64,000 nt of DNA from an uncultured Pelagibacteraceae bacterium (GTDB taxonomy: Bacteria > Pseudomonadota > Alphaproteobacteria > Pelagibacterales > AG-422-B15): NCBI GenBank assembly GCA_902584215.1, contig CACHYW010000003.1, positions 8,498 to 72,497 on the forward strand, given 5' to 3'. The position numbers were made by a program, and so were the translations under genes. The notes below the pieces were generated by a model. That model was given only the letters and a program-made list of their open reading frames with translations. It was not told the DNA's origin and made no database searches. Shown here piece by piece: positions 1 to 10,700 of this stretch (positions within the stretch are counted from its first letter, which is position 1; every line of letters starts with the position of its first letter).

Positions 1-19
1 TTTTCAGGGAAATAATCGT

Positions 20-1201
20 ATGAGAGAAGCTGCAATAATATCAACTGCCAGAACTGGTTTAGCAAAAGCTATGCGTGGTGGATTTAATAAAACTCATGGA
101 ATTACGATGGGGGGCCATACTGTAAAACACGCAATTGAAAGAGCCGGAATAGAGTCTGGTGAAGTTGAAGATATTATATTTGGTTGTGGACAACCTGAAG
201 CTGCAACTGGTCATAATATTGGAAGAAACGTAGCGATAGCTGGCGGATGTCCTGTTACTGTTCCTGGTACTACAATCAATAGATTTTGCTCATCAGGACT
301 TCAAAGTATTGCTGTTGCAGCTCAAAGAATCATTGTGGATGGTATCAAAGTTGCAATAGGTGGTGGAGTTGAGTCAATTTCAATGACACAGCAGAACTTA
401 AATATGAAATACTTGATAGAGCCTGAATTGCAAAAAATTTGTCCTGCTTTATGGATGCCAATGATTAATACAGCAGACATTGTTGCAGATAGATACAAAG
501 TAAGCAGGGAACAGCAAGATGAATACTCACTTCAGAGTCAACAGCGTACAGCTGAAGCGCAAAGCGCTGGAAAATTTACAGATGAAATCGTTCCTTTGAA
601 AACAAAAATGGACGTTATGAACAAAGAAACAAAAGAAGTTACTGAGCAAGAAGTAACAGTTGATAAAGATGAGTGTAACAGACCTCAAACAACTTTAGAA
701 AGTTTAGCTGGACTCATGCCAGTCATGGGACCTGATAAATACGTTACTGCAGGTAATGCAAGTCAGTTATCTGATGGAGCATCATCGTGTGTCTTAATGG
801 ATTTGAAAGAAGCAGAAAAAAGAAACATTGAACCAATGGGAATTTTTAGAGGATTGTCAGTCGCAGCTTGCGAACCGGATGAAATGGGTATTGGTCCAGT
901 TTTTGCTGTGCCAAAATTGTTAGAACAACACGGCTTATCCGTTGATGATATTGACATTTGGGAACTAAATGAAGCTTTTGCTGTTCAAGTCTTATATTGC
1001 CGTGATAAACTTGGAATCGATAATGAGAAGCTGAATGTTAATGGTGGTTCAATCTCAATTGGGCACCCATACGGTATGACAGGTTCACGTATGACAGGTC
1101 ATATTTTAATAGAGGGCAAAAGAAGAAATGCAAAATACGGTGTCGTCACAATGTGCGTTGGCGGTGGGATGGGAGCGGCAGGACTTTTTGAAATTTTATG
1201 A
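20..1201 (+). CDS. Acetyl-CoA C-acyltransferase (thiolase)
   Basis: Thiolase motifs INRFCSSG (catalytic Cys), NEAF, GHPYG and CVGGG. Confidence 0.95.
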   Translation: MREAAIISTARTGLAKAMRGGFNKTHGITMGGHTVKHAIERAGIESGEVEDIIFGCGQPEAATGHNIGRNVAIAGGCPVTVPGTTINRFCSSGLQSIAVAAQRIIVDGIKVAIGGGVESISMTQQNLNMKYLIEPELQKICPALWMPMINTADIVADRYKVSREQQDEYSLQSQQRTAEAQSAGKFTDEIVPLKTKMDVMNKETKEVTEQEVTVDKDECNRPQTTLESLAGLMPVMGPDKYVTAGNASQLSDGASSCVLMDLKEAEKRNIEPMGIFRGLSVAACEPDEMGIGPVFAVPKLLEQHGLSVDDIDIWELNEAFAVQVLYCRDKLGIDNEKLNVNGGSISIGHPYGMTGSRMTGHILIEGKRRNAKYGVVTMCVGGGMGAAGLFEIL

Positions 1202-1569
1202 TTGATGCGATCAAATATATTGAGAAAATTGCTCTAGTAATAATTATTTTTGCGACAGTTATTGCAATTGGTTATGAGATCTTTGCAATGTATGAGAAAT
1301 CGCTTGTTGAACTTGCCGACTTGTTACTACTTTTTATTTATTTAGAAGTCATTCAAATGATTAGAGAGTATTGGACTCTTAATAGAATTAGAATAAGTAT
1401 ACCATTGTTTATTGCAATTACTGCAGTTGCTAGATTAATTATACTACAGGGTAAGACAATGGATCCTAGCATGTTGTTGTATGAAGGTGGTGCAATATTG
1501 CTCATAGCAATCGCAGTTCTTATTCTGAAAGCTAGAAAACTAAAGATGTTTTCTGATGTTGAAGACTAA
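1198..1569 (+). CDS. PsiE-family (phosphate-starvation-inducible) membrane protein
   Basis: Four hydrophobic segments; ADLLLLFIYLEV and IAITAVARLII typical of PsiE; ATGA overlap with thiolase. Confidence 0.8.
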   Translation: MIDAIKYIEKIALVIIIFATVIAIGYEIFAMYEKSLVELADLLLLFIYLEVIQMIREYWTLNRIRISIPLFIAITAVARLIILQGKTMDPSMLLYEGGAILLIAIAVLILKARKLKMFSDVED

Positions 1570-1987
1570 AATACTTAACTTTTTTCAAATATTAATCTTA
1601 TCCTTCTTAATTCAGAATGGGGCGTATGCCATTACTGCATCAGATGAGGAAGAAATAATATCAGTGGTAAGTGCACAACTGCAGGCATTTCAAGATGATG
1701 ATTTTGAAAAAGCATATTCATATGCTTCTCCAACAATTAAAACCATCTTCTCTGATTTTATAAAGTTTAGAGATATGGTAGTGGGTCAGTACCAAGCAGT
1801 TTATAGGCCAAAAAGTATAAACTTTGGAAAAGTTTCAACGCAAGGGGGAACTACTTTTCTTGAAGTCTATTTAGTTGACCCAGATGGCATATTTGTAACT
1901 GCAATTTATACAATGCAGCAGCAAGAAGATGATAGTTGGCTTATTAATGGCTGTTTTCTAAATAAAGCTAAAAGTGATCAGATTTAA
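1556..1987 (+). CDS. DUF4864-like exported protein
   Basis: Signal peptide; QLQAFQDDDFEKAYSYASP ... WLINGC pattern. Confidence 0.7.
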   Translation: MLKTKILNFFQILILSFLIQNGAYAITASDEEEIISVVSAQLQAFQDDDFEKAYSYASPTIKTIFSDFIKFRDMVVGQYQAVYRPKSINFGKVSTQGGTTFLEVYLVDPDGIFVTAIYTMQQQEDDSWLINGCFLNKAKSDQI

Positions 1988-3232
1988 TTAAGAAGATTTC
2001 TCAATAATTTCTTGATAAAATTTTAAACTTTTTTTACTTTTTCTCTCAAGAGTTTCCCTATCAACTTCTACAAGCCCAAATCTTGGTTTATATCCATACA
2101 ACCATTCAAAATTATCAAGAAATGACCAATAATAATAACCTCTGATATCGAGACCATCATCGATACAGCGTTGAAGACCCTCCAATGCTGTTTTGACATA
2201 GCTTATTCTTTGTTCATCATCGTTGGTACCAATCCCATTTTCAGTAACAATCATCGGACAATTAATTTTAGGTGCTACATATCTCAATACATTTTCAAGT
2301 GATTCTGGATAGTATTCATATCCCATTACGAGCATGGTTGAGTCATTTGTATTAGGTTTTACAATTCCCTCAGGGCCATATGTATGACGCGTGTATGTTT
2401 GAATGCCTATAAAGTCGTCATTTTTTACCTGATCTAAGCATATATCTACGGACTCAGCATGAGCCTTATCTCTCATTGCTTCCCCGCCATCAATACATTG
2501 GTAATCCATAATTGAAAGCGTGATCCCAACTGGTTGATTTTTATTTAAGTTACCTTTGATAACTGAAAATGACTTTACGTGTGCTTTCATCATGCAATCT
2601 CTTATTTTAAATGGATGTCCAAACAAAAAAGGTCCAAAGTTTTGAAGGTTTGATCCACATGATTTTGCTGCCTCACTAACAAAAGGCATAATCGTTTTCA
2701 TTCCACCCTCTGGGTAGCTAGGAAAACTATGAGCAAAACAAGAGGTTAGATTTGCCTCATTAATAGTGCATACTGTATCCATGTAATCGTCCAATTCTTT
2801 TGACACTTTTTCTGAGTATCGAACAAATAAATCTACGTTATCCTGATTTTCCCAACCACCTCTTGCAGTAAACCAAAGTGGTGATGTAAAGTGTTGAAAA
2901 GTTACACAAGTCTTCAAGCCTTTCTTTTGACAATAATCTAGAACTTGTTTGTAGTGATCTATTGCTTCTTGAGAAAATTCACCTTCACTGGTTTCAATTC
3001 GAGCCCATTCAACTGATAAACGATAAGCTTGGATGGAATGATCAGCCATAATGTCGATATCTTCTTCATATTTATTCCATTGATCACAAGCAATACCTGA
3101 AGGTTCTGCAAATGTTGTATCTTTAGTATGTTCTAGGTGCCAAAAATCTGAATTGGTGTTATTTCCTTCAACCTGGTGTGCCGCAGTTGCAGTACCCCAT
3201 ATAAAATCTTTAGGTAAATTTTTTAACATCAT
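1988..3232 (-). CDS. Glycoside hydrolase family 1 (beta-glucosidase/galactosidase)
   Basis: FIWGTATAAHQVEG signature, TINE acid/base, VTENG nucleophile, WSFLDNFEW. Confidence 0.93.
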   Translation of the reverse strand: MMLKNLPKDFIWGTATAAHQVEGNNTNSDFWHLEHTKDTTFAEPSGIACDQWNKYEEDIDIMADHSIQAYRLSVEWARIETSEGEFSQEAIDHYKQVLDYCQKKGLKTCVTFQHFTSPLWFTARGGWENQDNVDLFVRYSEKVSKELDDYMDTVCTINEANLTSCFAHSFPSYPEGGMKTIMPFVSEAAKSCGSNLQNFGPFLFGHPFKIRDCMMKAHVKSFSVIKGNLNKNQPVGITLSIMDYQCIDGGEAMRDKAHAESVDICLDQVKNDDFIGIQTYTRHTYGPEGIVKPNTNDSTMLVMGYEYYPESLENVLRYVAPKINCPMIVTENGIGTNDDEQRISYVKTALEGLQRCIDDGLDIRGYYYWSFLDNFEWLYGYKPRFGLVEVDRETLERKSKKSLKFYQEIIEKSS

Positions 3233-4263
3233 ATGAATTTTGCCTTATTATATCTTTTTACTATATTTTTTTTGAACTCTTCTACTTTATCATTTTTTAT
3301 CAGTGTTACAACAGCACCCCCAAAACCTGCTCCTGTAAGCTTAGCTCCATAAGCACCATACTCATTACACAATCTCACTATGGTATCCAGCTCATCAATT
3401 GAAACTTCAAAATCTTTTGCAAGGGAATTATGACTCTGTGTCATAAGTTCACCAAAGTATTTATAATTATTTCTTATTAAGGCATCTTTTCCGTTCTTAG
3501 TTCTTATATTTTCTGTCACCACATGTTTAGCTACTTTATATTCATTTTTGTTTAGCAAGTTTGAGTCAATAATCTTGATATCAGAAATATTAGATAAAAA
3601 ATCAACTTTTAATTTTTTCGCAGCTGAAATACAAAGGGCTTTTTTCTTATTAAAGTCACTTTTTTCTAAAATACGTTTTATGCCACTGTCTATAATAAGA
3701 AATGTTGTGGAATTAAATAAAGGTATTTTTTCGTATTCATTATTCAGAGTATTTAAATAAAGTGCCTTGCTACTTTCTCCAAAGACTGAGGCATACTGAT
3801 CCATTATACCTCCACCAACTCCAACAAATTTATTCTCAATGTCAAATGCAGCGTTTGCTAATTCAATTTTGCTCATTTCAATTTTAAAATATTTTACAAG
3901 AGATTTAAGGACGCTTACATTCATTGCGGCAGATGAAGATAAGCCAATGCCTATAGGTAGATCGCTTGATATATCGATATTTATATCTTTAATATCAATC
4001 TGATATTTATCTCTTATATATTTGCAAGATCCTAGTGCAAAATCTGACCAATGACGGTTTTTACTTTCCAGACGATTTGTTTCAAAAATATCATCATAAT
4101 CATTTGATCTTATAGTTATTTTATTGGATTGTTTATTCTCAGAGATCTTAGTCTCGACTCCTAATTTTAGTTGAAGAGGCATTACAAAGCCACCATTATA
4201 GTCTAAGTGTTCACCTAATAGGTTAACTCTACCAAAACTTTTACCAACAGCATGATTTCTCAT
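3229..4263 (-). CDS. galK: Galactokinase
   Basis: GRVNLLGEHLDY, PIGIGLSSSAA and GAKLTGAGFGG GHMP/galactokinase motifs. Confidence 0.88.
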   Translation of the reverse strand: MRNHAVGKSFGRVNLLGEHLDYNGGFVMPLQLKLGVETKISENKQSNKITIRSNDYDDIFETNRLESKNRHWSDFALGSCKYIRDKYQIDIKDINIDISSDLPIGIGLSSSAAMNVSVLKSLVKYFKIEMSKIELANAAFDIENKFVGVGGGIMDQYASVFGESSKALYLNTLNNEYEKIPLFNSTTFLIIDSGIKRILEKSDFNKKKALCISAAKKLKVDFLSNISDIKIIDSNLLNKNEYKVAKHVVTENIRTKNGKDALIRNNYKYFGELMTQSHNSLAKDFEVSIDELDTIVRLCNEYGAYGAKLTGAGFGGAVVTLIKNDKVEEFKKNIVKRYNKAKFI

Positions 4264-4270
4264 TGACTTA

Positions 4271-5605
4271 TTAACTTTTTCTTTCTGATCTCAAGTCTGA
4301 AAATACTGTGTCGTAAAAACTACTGTCATACCTATGAAAAGCCATAATTAACATAGCAATTGTTCCTGCAACTGCAGGAAATATATATCCCATGATAAAG
4401 AGTCCCTCCAATGTTTCAGTGTTTTGCATTATTTCATTTGGTTGATAATTAGTACTTTCCAATATTATTCCAGCCAACCAGCCACTAAAACCAATGCTAA
4501 GTTTAAAAATACACACAAATGAAGAATTAATTATTCCCTCAGATCGAAATCCCGATTTCCACTCCCCAAACTCAACAGAGTCTGCAAGCATTGACCATGT
4601 CGCGACACCTGCCATTCCAAAACCAATGAATCCAAATGATCCAACAAAAGCAAATAACCAAAAATTTTCATAACCAGTTATAAAATATATAATTAGATCA
4701 GTTATAACATAAAGGGCTGTACCCATTATAAAAATAATTTTCTTCTCAAACATATTTTTAATTAAATTCGTTACCAAAGCACCTAACATAATTTGTAAAA
4801 TGACACCTAATAAAATTAATCCGAAATAGGGTTCAAGTTGGAGATTATATTTAATGAAATAAATTACAGTTACTTGCTTTACATTATTTGCAATCCACGT
4901 TCCTAGCAGTGCAACAACTATAAACTGCAGTGCAAAGTTATTTGCCAGCATATTTATTATTTTTTTAAAACTAATCCTTTTTTCATATACCTTGGAATAA
5001 ATTTCTTTTGTATTAAAGAAACATAGATAACAGAAGGTAGCTCCAATTAAAGCAAAACAGGCGACAACAATTGGAAATCCTAATTGCGGACTTGCAAAGA
5101 GAGAAACCAGAGGAAGAGTTAATGCAGCAACAACCACAGAGCCTGAGGATCCCCCAATGTATCTGAAGGATGCTAACGACGTTCTCTCATCCATATCTTG
5201 AGTCATAGCTGCAGTCATTGAGCCAAATGGAATAGCCATAATTGTGTATAAAGTAGTGAAACAAATATAAGTGCATAGTGCCCAGTAAAATTTTCCTTCA
5301 TCTGAAAGGTCAGGTGATGTAAAGCAAAGAATAATAGCTAGTAATGCTGGTATAGATCCAAAAAGTATGTATGGTCTAAATTTACCCCAACGTGTAGATG
5401 TATTATCTGCCAAGTATCCCATTAAAGGATCGGTGATGGCATCCCATACTTTGGCTAAAAGGAAGACTAATCCGGCATCTGAGGGCGATAGACCAAATAC
5501 ATCTGTATAAAAAAAAAGGAGGTAAAATACTGTTAGTTGCCACATAATATTTATAGCAAAGTCACCTCCGCCATAAAAAAACTTTGTTCTAAAACTTAGT
5601 TTCAT
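4271..5605 (-). CDS. Glycoside-pentoside-hexuronide (MelB-like) cation symporter
   Basis: WDAITDPLMGYLADNTSTRWGKFRPY motif; about 12 TM segments. Confidence 0.9.
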   Translation of the reverse strand: MKLSFRTKFFYGGGDFAINIMWQLTVFYLLFFYTDVFGLSPSDAGLVFLLAKVWDAITDPLMGYLADNTSTRWGKFRPYILFGSIPALLAIILCFTSPDLSDEGKFYWALCTYICFTTLYTIMAIPFGSMTAAMTQDMDERTSLASFRYIGGSSGSVVVAALTLPLVSLFASPQLGFPIVVACFALIGATFCYLCFFNTKEIYSKVYEKRISFKKIINMLANNFALQFIVVALLGTWIANNVKQVTVIYFIKYNLQLEPYFGLILLGVILQIMLGALVTNLIKNMFEKKIIFIMGTALYVITDLIIYFITGYENFWLFAFVGSFGFIGFGMAGVATWSMLADSVEFGEWKSGFRSEGIINSSFVCIFKLSIGFSGWLAGIILESTNYQPNEIMQNTETLEGLFIMGYIFPAVAGTIAMLIMAFHRYDSSFYDTVFSDLRSERKS

Positions 5606-6744
5606 AAATGTTTATAAGTTGTTTCTACTAACTTTAAAGCTCGTTGGTCACCCAGCATCGATCCAGTTAGTAAATTCATAGTGTAAGCAAAACTCAGCCC
5701 ATTTTCAGGATCACCAAATGCCATAGAGCCGCCCCAACCAGTGTGACCAAACGCTTTGCTGCTCTTTCCAAAAAGTTTACCACCCCCCACACTGTATCCT
5801 GCACAGCTCCATTGCATCGGTGATTTCATGACCTTGTCATCACCACTGACGGCAACTGCCGTTACTAATTTAAATGTTTCATTTGATATAAAGTTATTTG
5901 ACTGATGATTTATAAAGTGATCATAAATTTTTGCGATCGATCGTGCATTTCCATGACAATTCATTGCAGGAATTTCAGCTAGTCTCCATTCTGAAGTATT
6001 TGCTGTTTTGGTTCTGTTAGCTGGATTGAGAAATGCAGTTACCAAATAATTATCAACATTTTCTGGATTACTAAAAGCTTTACGTAAACTTTCAGAACTT
6101 ATTAATTCAGCAATATTGTCGTGATATGTCTCAGGGGTTCCAATAAAGCACTTTGCATTCAGGGGTTCACTAAGAAGTTCATGCAAATTTTTTCCAACTG
6201 ATTTTTTTGTAATTCTCTTAATTAATTCTCCAACGAGAAAGCCAATAGTTTTAGGATGATAGCAAATTTCTTTGTTGGGTTCATGGAAAGGTTTTTGTTT
6301 TGCAAGTAACTCACAAACATAATCCCATTTATAAAAATCTGTTTCATCAAGAGGCTCTTTCCAACCATAAAGACCTGCCTGATGAGATAAAAGTGTTTTT
6401 ACCTTAATATCATTTTTACCATTTTCAGAAAATTCTGGCCAATAATCACAAACTCTTTTTTCTAATTCTAAATCACCATTATCAATTAGTTTTGCAACTA
6501 CCATGGCGACAATTCCTTTACTGGTTGAATGAACATTGACCATTGTATCATTATTCCAGCTAATTTTTTTGTCACGGTCTTGAAAACCACCATAAAGATC
6601 TATAATCGGCTTACCATCTTTATAAACAGCAAATGATGCTCCAACTTCCTCATCACTTTCAATATTTCTCTTGAAAAGCTCATAGGTTTCTTGGAACTTT
6701 TCCTCAAATTCTCCATACTCTGTAACAGAATTCATAGTGCTCAT
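5602..6744 (-). CDS. Serine hydrolase, beta-lactamase fold (family VIII esterase-like)
   Basis: SxxK (HSTSK), LLSHQAGL, YH and FGHTGWGGS; no signal peptide. Confidence 0.87.
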   Translation of the reverse strand: MSTMNSVTEYGEFEEKFQETYELFKRNIESDEEVGASFAVYKDGKPIIDLYGGFQDRDKKISWNNDTMVNVHSTSKGIVAMVVAKLIDNGDLELEKRVCDYWPEFSENGKNDIKVKTLLSHQAGLYGWKEPLDETDFYKWDYVCELLAKQKPFHEPNKEICYHPKTIGFLVGELIKRITKKSVGKNLHELLSEPLNAKCFIGTPETYHDNIAELISSESLRKAFSNPENVDNYLVTAFLNPANRTKTANTSEWRLAEIPAMNCHGNARSIAKIYDHFINHQSNNFISNETFKLVTAVAVSGDDKVMKSPMQWSCAGYSVGGGKLFGKSSKAFGHTGWGGSMAFGDPENGLSFAYTMNLLTGSMLGDQRALKLVETTYKHL

Positions 6745-6790
6745 TTATAGTGTAATAAAATTAAATTTATATATTCTTCATTTAGATTAT

Positions 6791-7699
6791 ATGAGCGAAG
6801 TAAATAACAAAACATATTTAATTGGTTTTATTCTTGCATTATCTGCTGGTTTGATATGGAGTTTTGGCGCACCTACTGTTCGCTATATGGTTGATGCTGA
6901 AATTTATCAATGGCATTATCTATTTTGTAGAGGGATTGTAGTAGCAACAATTCTCCTTATCTTTCTTATCTATCAAGAAGGAATAGCATTCAGACATAAT
7001 TTTAAAAGGGTAGGCATTTCAGGTTTAATTGGTGGTTTGGGTTTAGCTTCAGCATTTATTTTTTTTATATTTGGAATGACTTTTACTTCTGCAGCAACAA
7101 CGTTATTTATGATTGGAACTCAACCTTTATTTGCGGGACTGTTTGCTTATATATTTCTTAGAGAAAAAGTTGGAATAACCACAGCTATTGCATGTTTTGT
7201 TTCGTTGTTTGGTATGTTTTTAATGGCATACAATGACTGGTATGCTGGCACATTTTTAGGTTGGACTTTTGGATTATTTTGTTCAATTGGTTTTGCAATA
7301 TTTGCTACGACTTTAAGATGGCAGCCTAATACACCAAAATTTACTACAATCATTATCGCTGGGATTGCATGCTCATTATTTTCGATGTGCATGATTCTTT
7401 ATCTTAATGATGGTTATACGATGCCACTTAGAAATATACTATTGAGCATGATGCATGGGTCTTTTGTAGCAATAGGGTTAATACTTTTAAGTATAGGCGC
7501 ACGCTATTTGCCAGCTGCTGAATTCATGCTTCTCTCTCTTACTGAAGTAGTAGGGGGTGTCGTATGGTGTTGGATGCCTCTTTTTGGAGTTAACGAGGTA
7601 CCTTCAACATTCACTCTTGTAGGAGGTATGATTATAATTATTGCAATCAGCTTATATGCTTTTGGTTCCAAACTGAAAACTTCACCACCGACTTTATGA
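6791..7699 (+). CDS. DMT/EamA family transporter
   Basis: About 10 TM segments, duplicated EamA pattern (AYIFLREKV); ATG 6791 preferred over the track start, which overlaps the divergent gene. Confidence 0.82.
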   Translation: MSEVNNKTYLIGFILALSAGLIWSFGAPTVRYMVDAEIYQWHYLFCRGIVVATILLIFLIYQEGIAFRHNFKRVGISGLIGGLGLASAFIFFIFGMTFTSAATTLFMIGTQPLFAGLFAYIFLREKVGITTAIACFVSLFGMFLMAYNDWYAGTFLGWTFGLFCSIGFAIFATTLRWQPNTPKFTTIIIAGIACSLFSMCMILYLNDGYTMPLRNILLSMMHGSFVAIGLILLSIGARYLPAAEFMLLSLTEVVGGVVWCWMPLFGVNEVPSTFTLVGGMIIIIAISLYAFGSKLKTSPPTL

Positions 7700-7717
7700 T
7701 TAAGAAGAGTTTATTGA

Positions 7718-8881
7718 ATGAATGAAATAGTATCTAATAACTGGAACTATCCAACACCTATATGGTTTGGGCTTTCACGTAGACTTGAAATTATTGAGGC
7801 GCTTAATGAGTTAACTATAACCAAACCAATGATTGTTACAGACCCAAATTTTGCAGAAAATGAAAATTTTATTGATATCCTTGCTATTCTCAAAAAGAAT
7901 AGGATCGAATTCTCTGTATTTTCAAATATAAAAGGAAATCCCACGGGCAAGAACGTAACGGATGGTGTTGCTCAATTTAATTCAAGCAAAAGTGATGGTA
8001 TAATTATTATTGGTGGAGGAAGTTCTTTGGATGCTGGAAAGGCCATTGCTTTCATGTCGAAGCAAAGTGAGGACCTATGGTTTTTTGAAGATGTCAGCGA
8101 CAATTGGAAACAAGCTGTAACTGATAATCTGCCACAAGTAATTGCAATGCCAACAACCTCAGGAACTGGTTCAGAGACAGGAAGAGCCTCACTTATTGTT
8201 GATGAAGCAGATATGACAAAAAAAATTATTTTCCACCCGTCTTTCTTGCCTGATTTAGTCGTTCTTGATCCTGAATTAACTTTGAGCTTACCCCCTCACT
8301 TAACTGCTGCCACAGGAATGGATGCACTTGCACATTGCTTAGAAGCATATTGCGCACGAGGGTTTCATCCAATGGCAGATGGGATTGCTATAGAGGGAAT
8401 TAAGAATGTTAAGGATCAATTGGTCACTGCTTATAACGAACCAAAAAATATTCATGCCAGAAGCAAGATGTTAGTAACCTCATCCATGGGTTCCACAGCT
8501 TTTCAAAAAGGGTTAGGAGTTATTCATTCATTGTCACATCCGATAAATGCAGTAAATGATATTCATCATGGTTTATCAAATGCCATTTTTATGCCTTATG
8601 TTCTTAACTTTAATAAAGATGTAATAGAAGATAGAATTATTTCTCTATCAAAATATTTAGATCTAAAAAAGAAATCATTTGACGGATTCATGGAATGGAT
8701 CTTGGACTTGAGAAGTAATCTTTCTATACCTCATACACTTAAAGAGTTGAATGTTGATTTTGATTTTGACTTACTATCAGAAATGGCCATAAAAGATCCA
8801 TCCACTCAACCTAATCCCAAAGATATATCTTTAGATCAAATGAAGAATCTTTACATAAATTCATACGAAGGTATTCTATAA
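7718..8881 (+). CDS. Iron-containing alcohol dehydrogenase
   Basis: GGGSSLDAGK, PTTSGTGSE, GMDALAHCLE, HSLSH, HHG. Confidence 0.92.
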   Translation: MNEIVSNNWNYPTPIWFGLSRRLEIIEALNELTITKPMIVTDPNFAENENFIDILAILKKNRIEFSVFSNIKGNPTGKNVTDGVAQFNSSKSDGIIIIGGGSSLDAGKAIAFMSKQSEDLWFFEDVSDNWKQAVTDNLPQVIAMPTTSGTGSETGRASLIVDEADMTKKIIFHPSFLPDLVVLDPELTLSLPPHLTAATGMDALAHCLEAYCARGFHPMADGIAIEGIKNVKDQLVTAYNEPKNIHARSKMLVTSSMGSTAFQKGLGVIHSLSHPINAVNDIHHGLSNAIFMPYVLNFNKDVIEDRIISLSKYLDLKKKSFDGFMEWILDLRSNLSIPHTLKELNVDFDFDLLSEMAIKDPSTQPNPKDISLDQMKNLYINSYEGIL

Positions 8882-8883
8882 CT

Positions 8884-9624
8884 ATGATTAAAACGGAAAA
8901 ATTAATCTATGGCGCACTTAATTCTGATCAAAAATTTGAAGGTTCAATCAGTTATGATGATAGTATAAGTAATCATCGTCCTGGCATCCTTGTTTGCCAT
9001 GCATATGGCGGGCATTCATCTTTTGATATTGCGAAAGCTGAAAAATTGGCTGAATTAGGTTATTTTGCTTTTGCAATTGATCTCTATGGTCAGGGTAGAC
9101 GAGGTTCTAATCCAGAGGAATCAATGGCACTTATGAATGAATTTAATTCAGACAGAGTATTGCTTCAAGAACGCATGATAAATGCGTTTGAAACTCTTAA
9201 AAACTTTGATCAAGTTGATAAGAATAAAACTGGGGCCATCGGATTTTGTTTTGGTGGCAAGTGCGCTCTTGATCTTGCAAGATCTGGAGAGGATATTAGA
9301 GGAGTTGTTAGTTTCCACGGACTTTATGATGCTCCAACAGCGAGTACTGGAAAGCAGTTAAAAGGGACATTAAAAATTGATAGTTCGATCTTAATTTTGC
9401 ATGGCTATGATGATCCTATGGCTACTCCAAAAAGTATGGTCGAACTAGCTGGTGAACTAAATTCAAAGAAAGCTAAATGGCAAATTCACGCATATGGTAA
9501 TGTGGGCCATGCTTTTACTAATCCAGAAGCTAATCAGAAAGAAAGAGGATTATTTTATGACCAATATGCTGATGAGCATTCTTGGAATGAAATGAAAAAT
9601 TTCTTTTCAAAATTATTTTCATAA
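8884..9624 (+). CDS. Dienelactone hydrolase family protein
   Basis: GFCFGG nucleophile motif, DDP, HAFTNP. Confidence 0.9.
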   Translation: MIKTEKLIYGALNSDQKFEGSISYDDSISNHRPGILVCHAYGGHSSFDIAKAEKLAELGYFAFAIDLYGQGRRGSNPEESMALMNEFNSDRVLLQERMINAFETLKNFDQVDKNKTGAIGFCFGGKCALDLARSGEDIRGVVSFHGLYDAPTASTGKQLKGTLKIDSSILILHGYDDPMATPKSMVELAGELNSKKAKWQIHAYGNVGHAFTNPEANQKERGLFYDQYADEHSWNEMKNFFSKLFS

Positions 9625-9627
9625 ATA

Positions 9628-10695
9628 TTAATTAATATTAGTAATATCTACTTTGTCAGAACCAACTGGCAGTATCGCCATAGTTCCATCATCTGCTAAT
9701 GACCAATTGTTTGGACGTACTTCATTAACGCCTCTCACAAAAATTATTTTCGCAATGAAATTTTGAGGGGCTGGTGTCAGATGATAGAATATTAACTCTT
9801 TTACATTTGCTTCATTGGCAGCTTGGGCAGCCTCAATTGGAGAAGCATGATAATCCTGAATATCATAATAGACATTGGATAATAAAGGATTAACGTCTTT
9901 AGAAATTTCTTCTAATCTTCCTATCATATTTTGAGAGAGAGCATCATGAAACAGTAAGTCTGCATTTTTAGCTTGTTCAACTAAATTTTCACTGTAGTCG
10001 GTATCACCACTTATCACTATGGATCTGCCTTTATAATCGAAGCGAAAACCTAGCGAAGGATCAACTGGAAAATGCTCAACTTCAAAAGCTGTTATCTTAA
10101 GTTTACCATCATCAAAAATAACTGGATCATTTAAATTAATTATTTTTGTATCAAAGCCGGCAAAGTCAGAAGGAGCTACTTCTTCTCCATGATGAAGTGT
10201 TCTCCACTCAGTATCTAACTCATATGCTTTTGTTATCCCCTCAGTTACGAGATTGGTACCCAATGGCCCATACACTGGCAGTTTTTTGCCTCTATTTTGA
10301 GTTACCCATGAATAGAGGTGAAAGTCAGCTAAATCGGAAATATGATCTGAGTGCAAGTGAGTTAATAAAACTGCATCTAAATTACCAAGATTAATACTCC
10401 AATTTAAAAGGTTTTGTCTGCTACCATCCCCAGTATCAACCACAAACATATGGTCAGGAGTTTTTATCATTATGCAAGGCTCGGCTCTTCCCTTACCAGG
10501 TAAGGGTCCCCGTGATCCACAAACAAGACCAATAATATAATCGCCATCAAAACTTATTAATTTATCCTGATTATTCCATTGCCTATCAAAATCAAAATCT
10601 ATCAAAAGATTTTGAACAGTAGTAGTTCTTATTCCGATAAGCGCAATAATGAGTATTAAAATTGCGGTTATCAAAAAAAAATAAATTTTTTTCAT
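9628..10695 (-). CDS. MBL-fold hydrolase, RNase Z/arylsulfatase-like, with N-terminal membrane anchor
   Basis: THLHSDH metal motif, SGDT, DYHA, YHL. Confidence 0.82.
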   Translation of the reverse strand: MKKIYFFLITAILILIIALIGIRTTTVQNLLIDFDFDRQWNNQDKLISFDGDYIIGLVCGSRGPLPGKGRAEPCIMIKTPDHMFVVDTGDGSRQNLLNWSINLGNLDAVLLTHLHSDHISDLADFHLYSWVTQNRGKKLPVYGPLGTNLVTEGITKAYELDTEWRTLHHGEEVAPSDFAGFDTKIINLNDPVIFDDGKLKITAFEVEHFPVDPSLGFRFDYKGRSIVISGDTDYSENLVEQAKNADLLFHDALSQNMIGRLEEISKDVNPLLSNVYYDIQDYHASPIEAAQAANEANVKELIFYHLTPAPQNFIAKIIFVRGVNEVRPNNWSLADDGTMAILPVGSDKVDITNIN

Positions 10696-10700
10696 ATTTC

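Noticed and set aside
5602..6744. Beta-lactam resistance gene
   Set aside because: Cytoplasmic family VIII esterase-like features and a sugar-operon context; the fold alone does not imply resistance.
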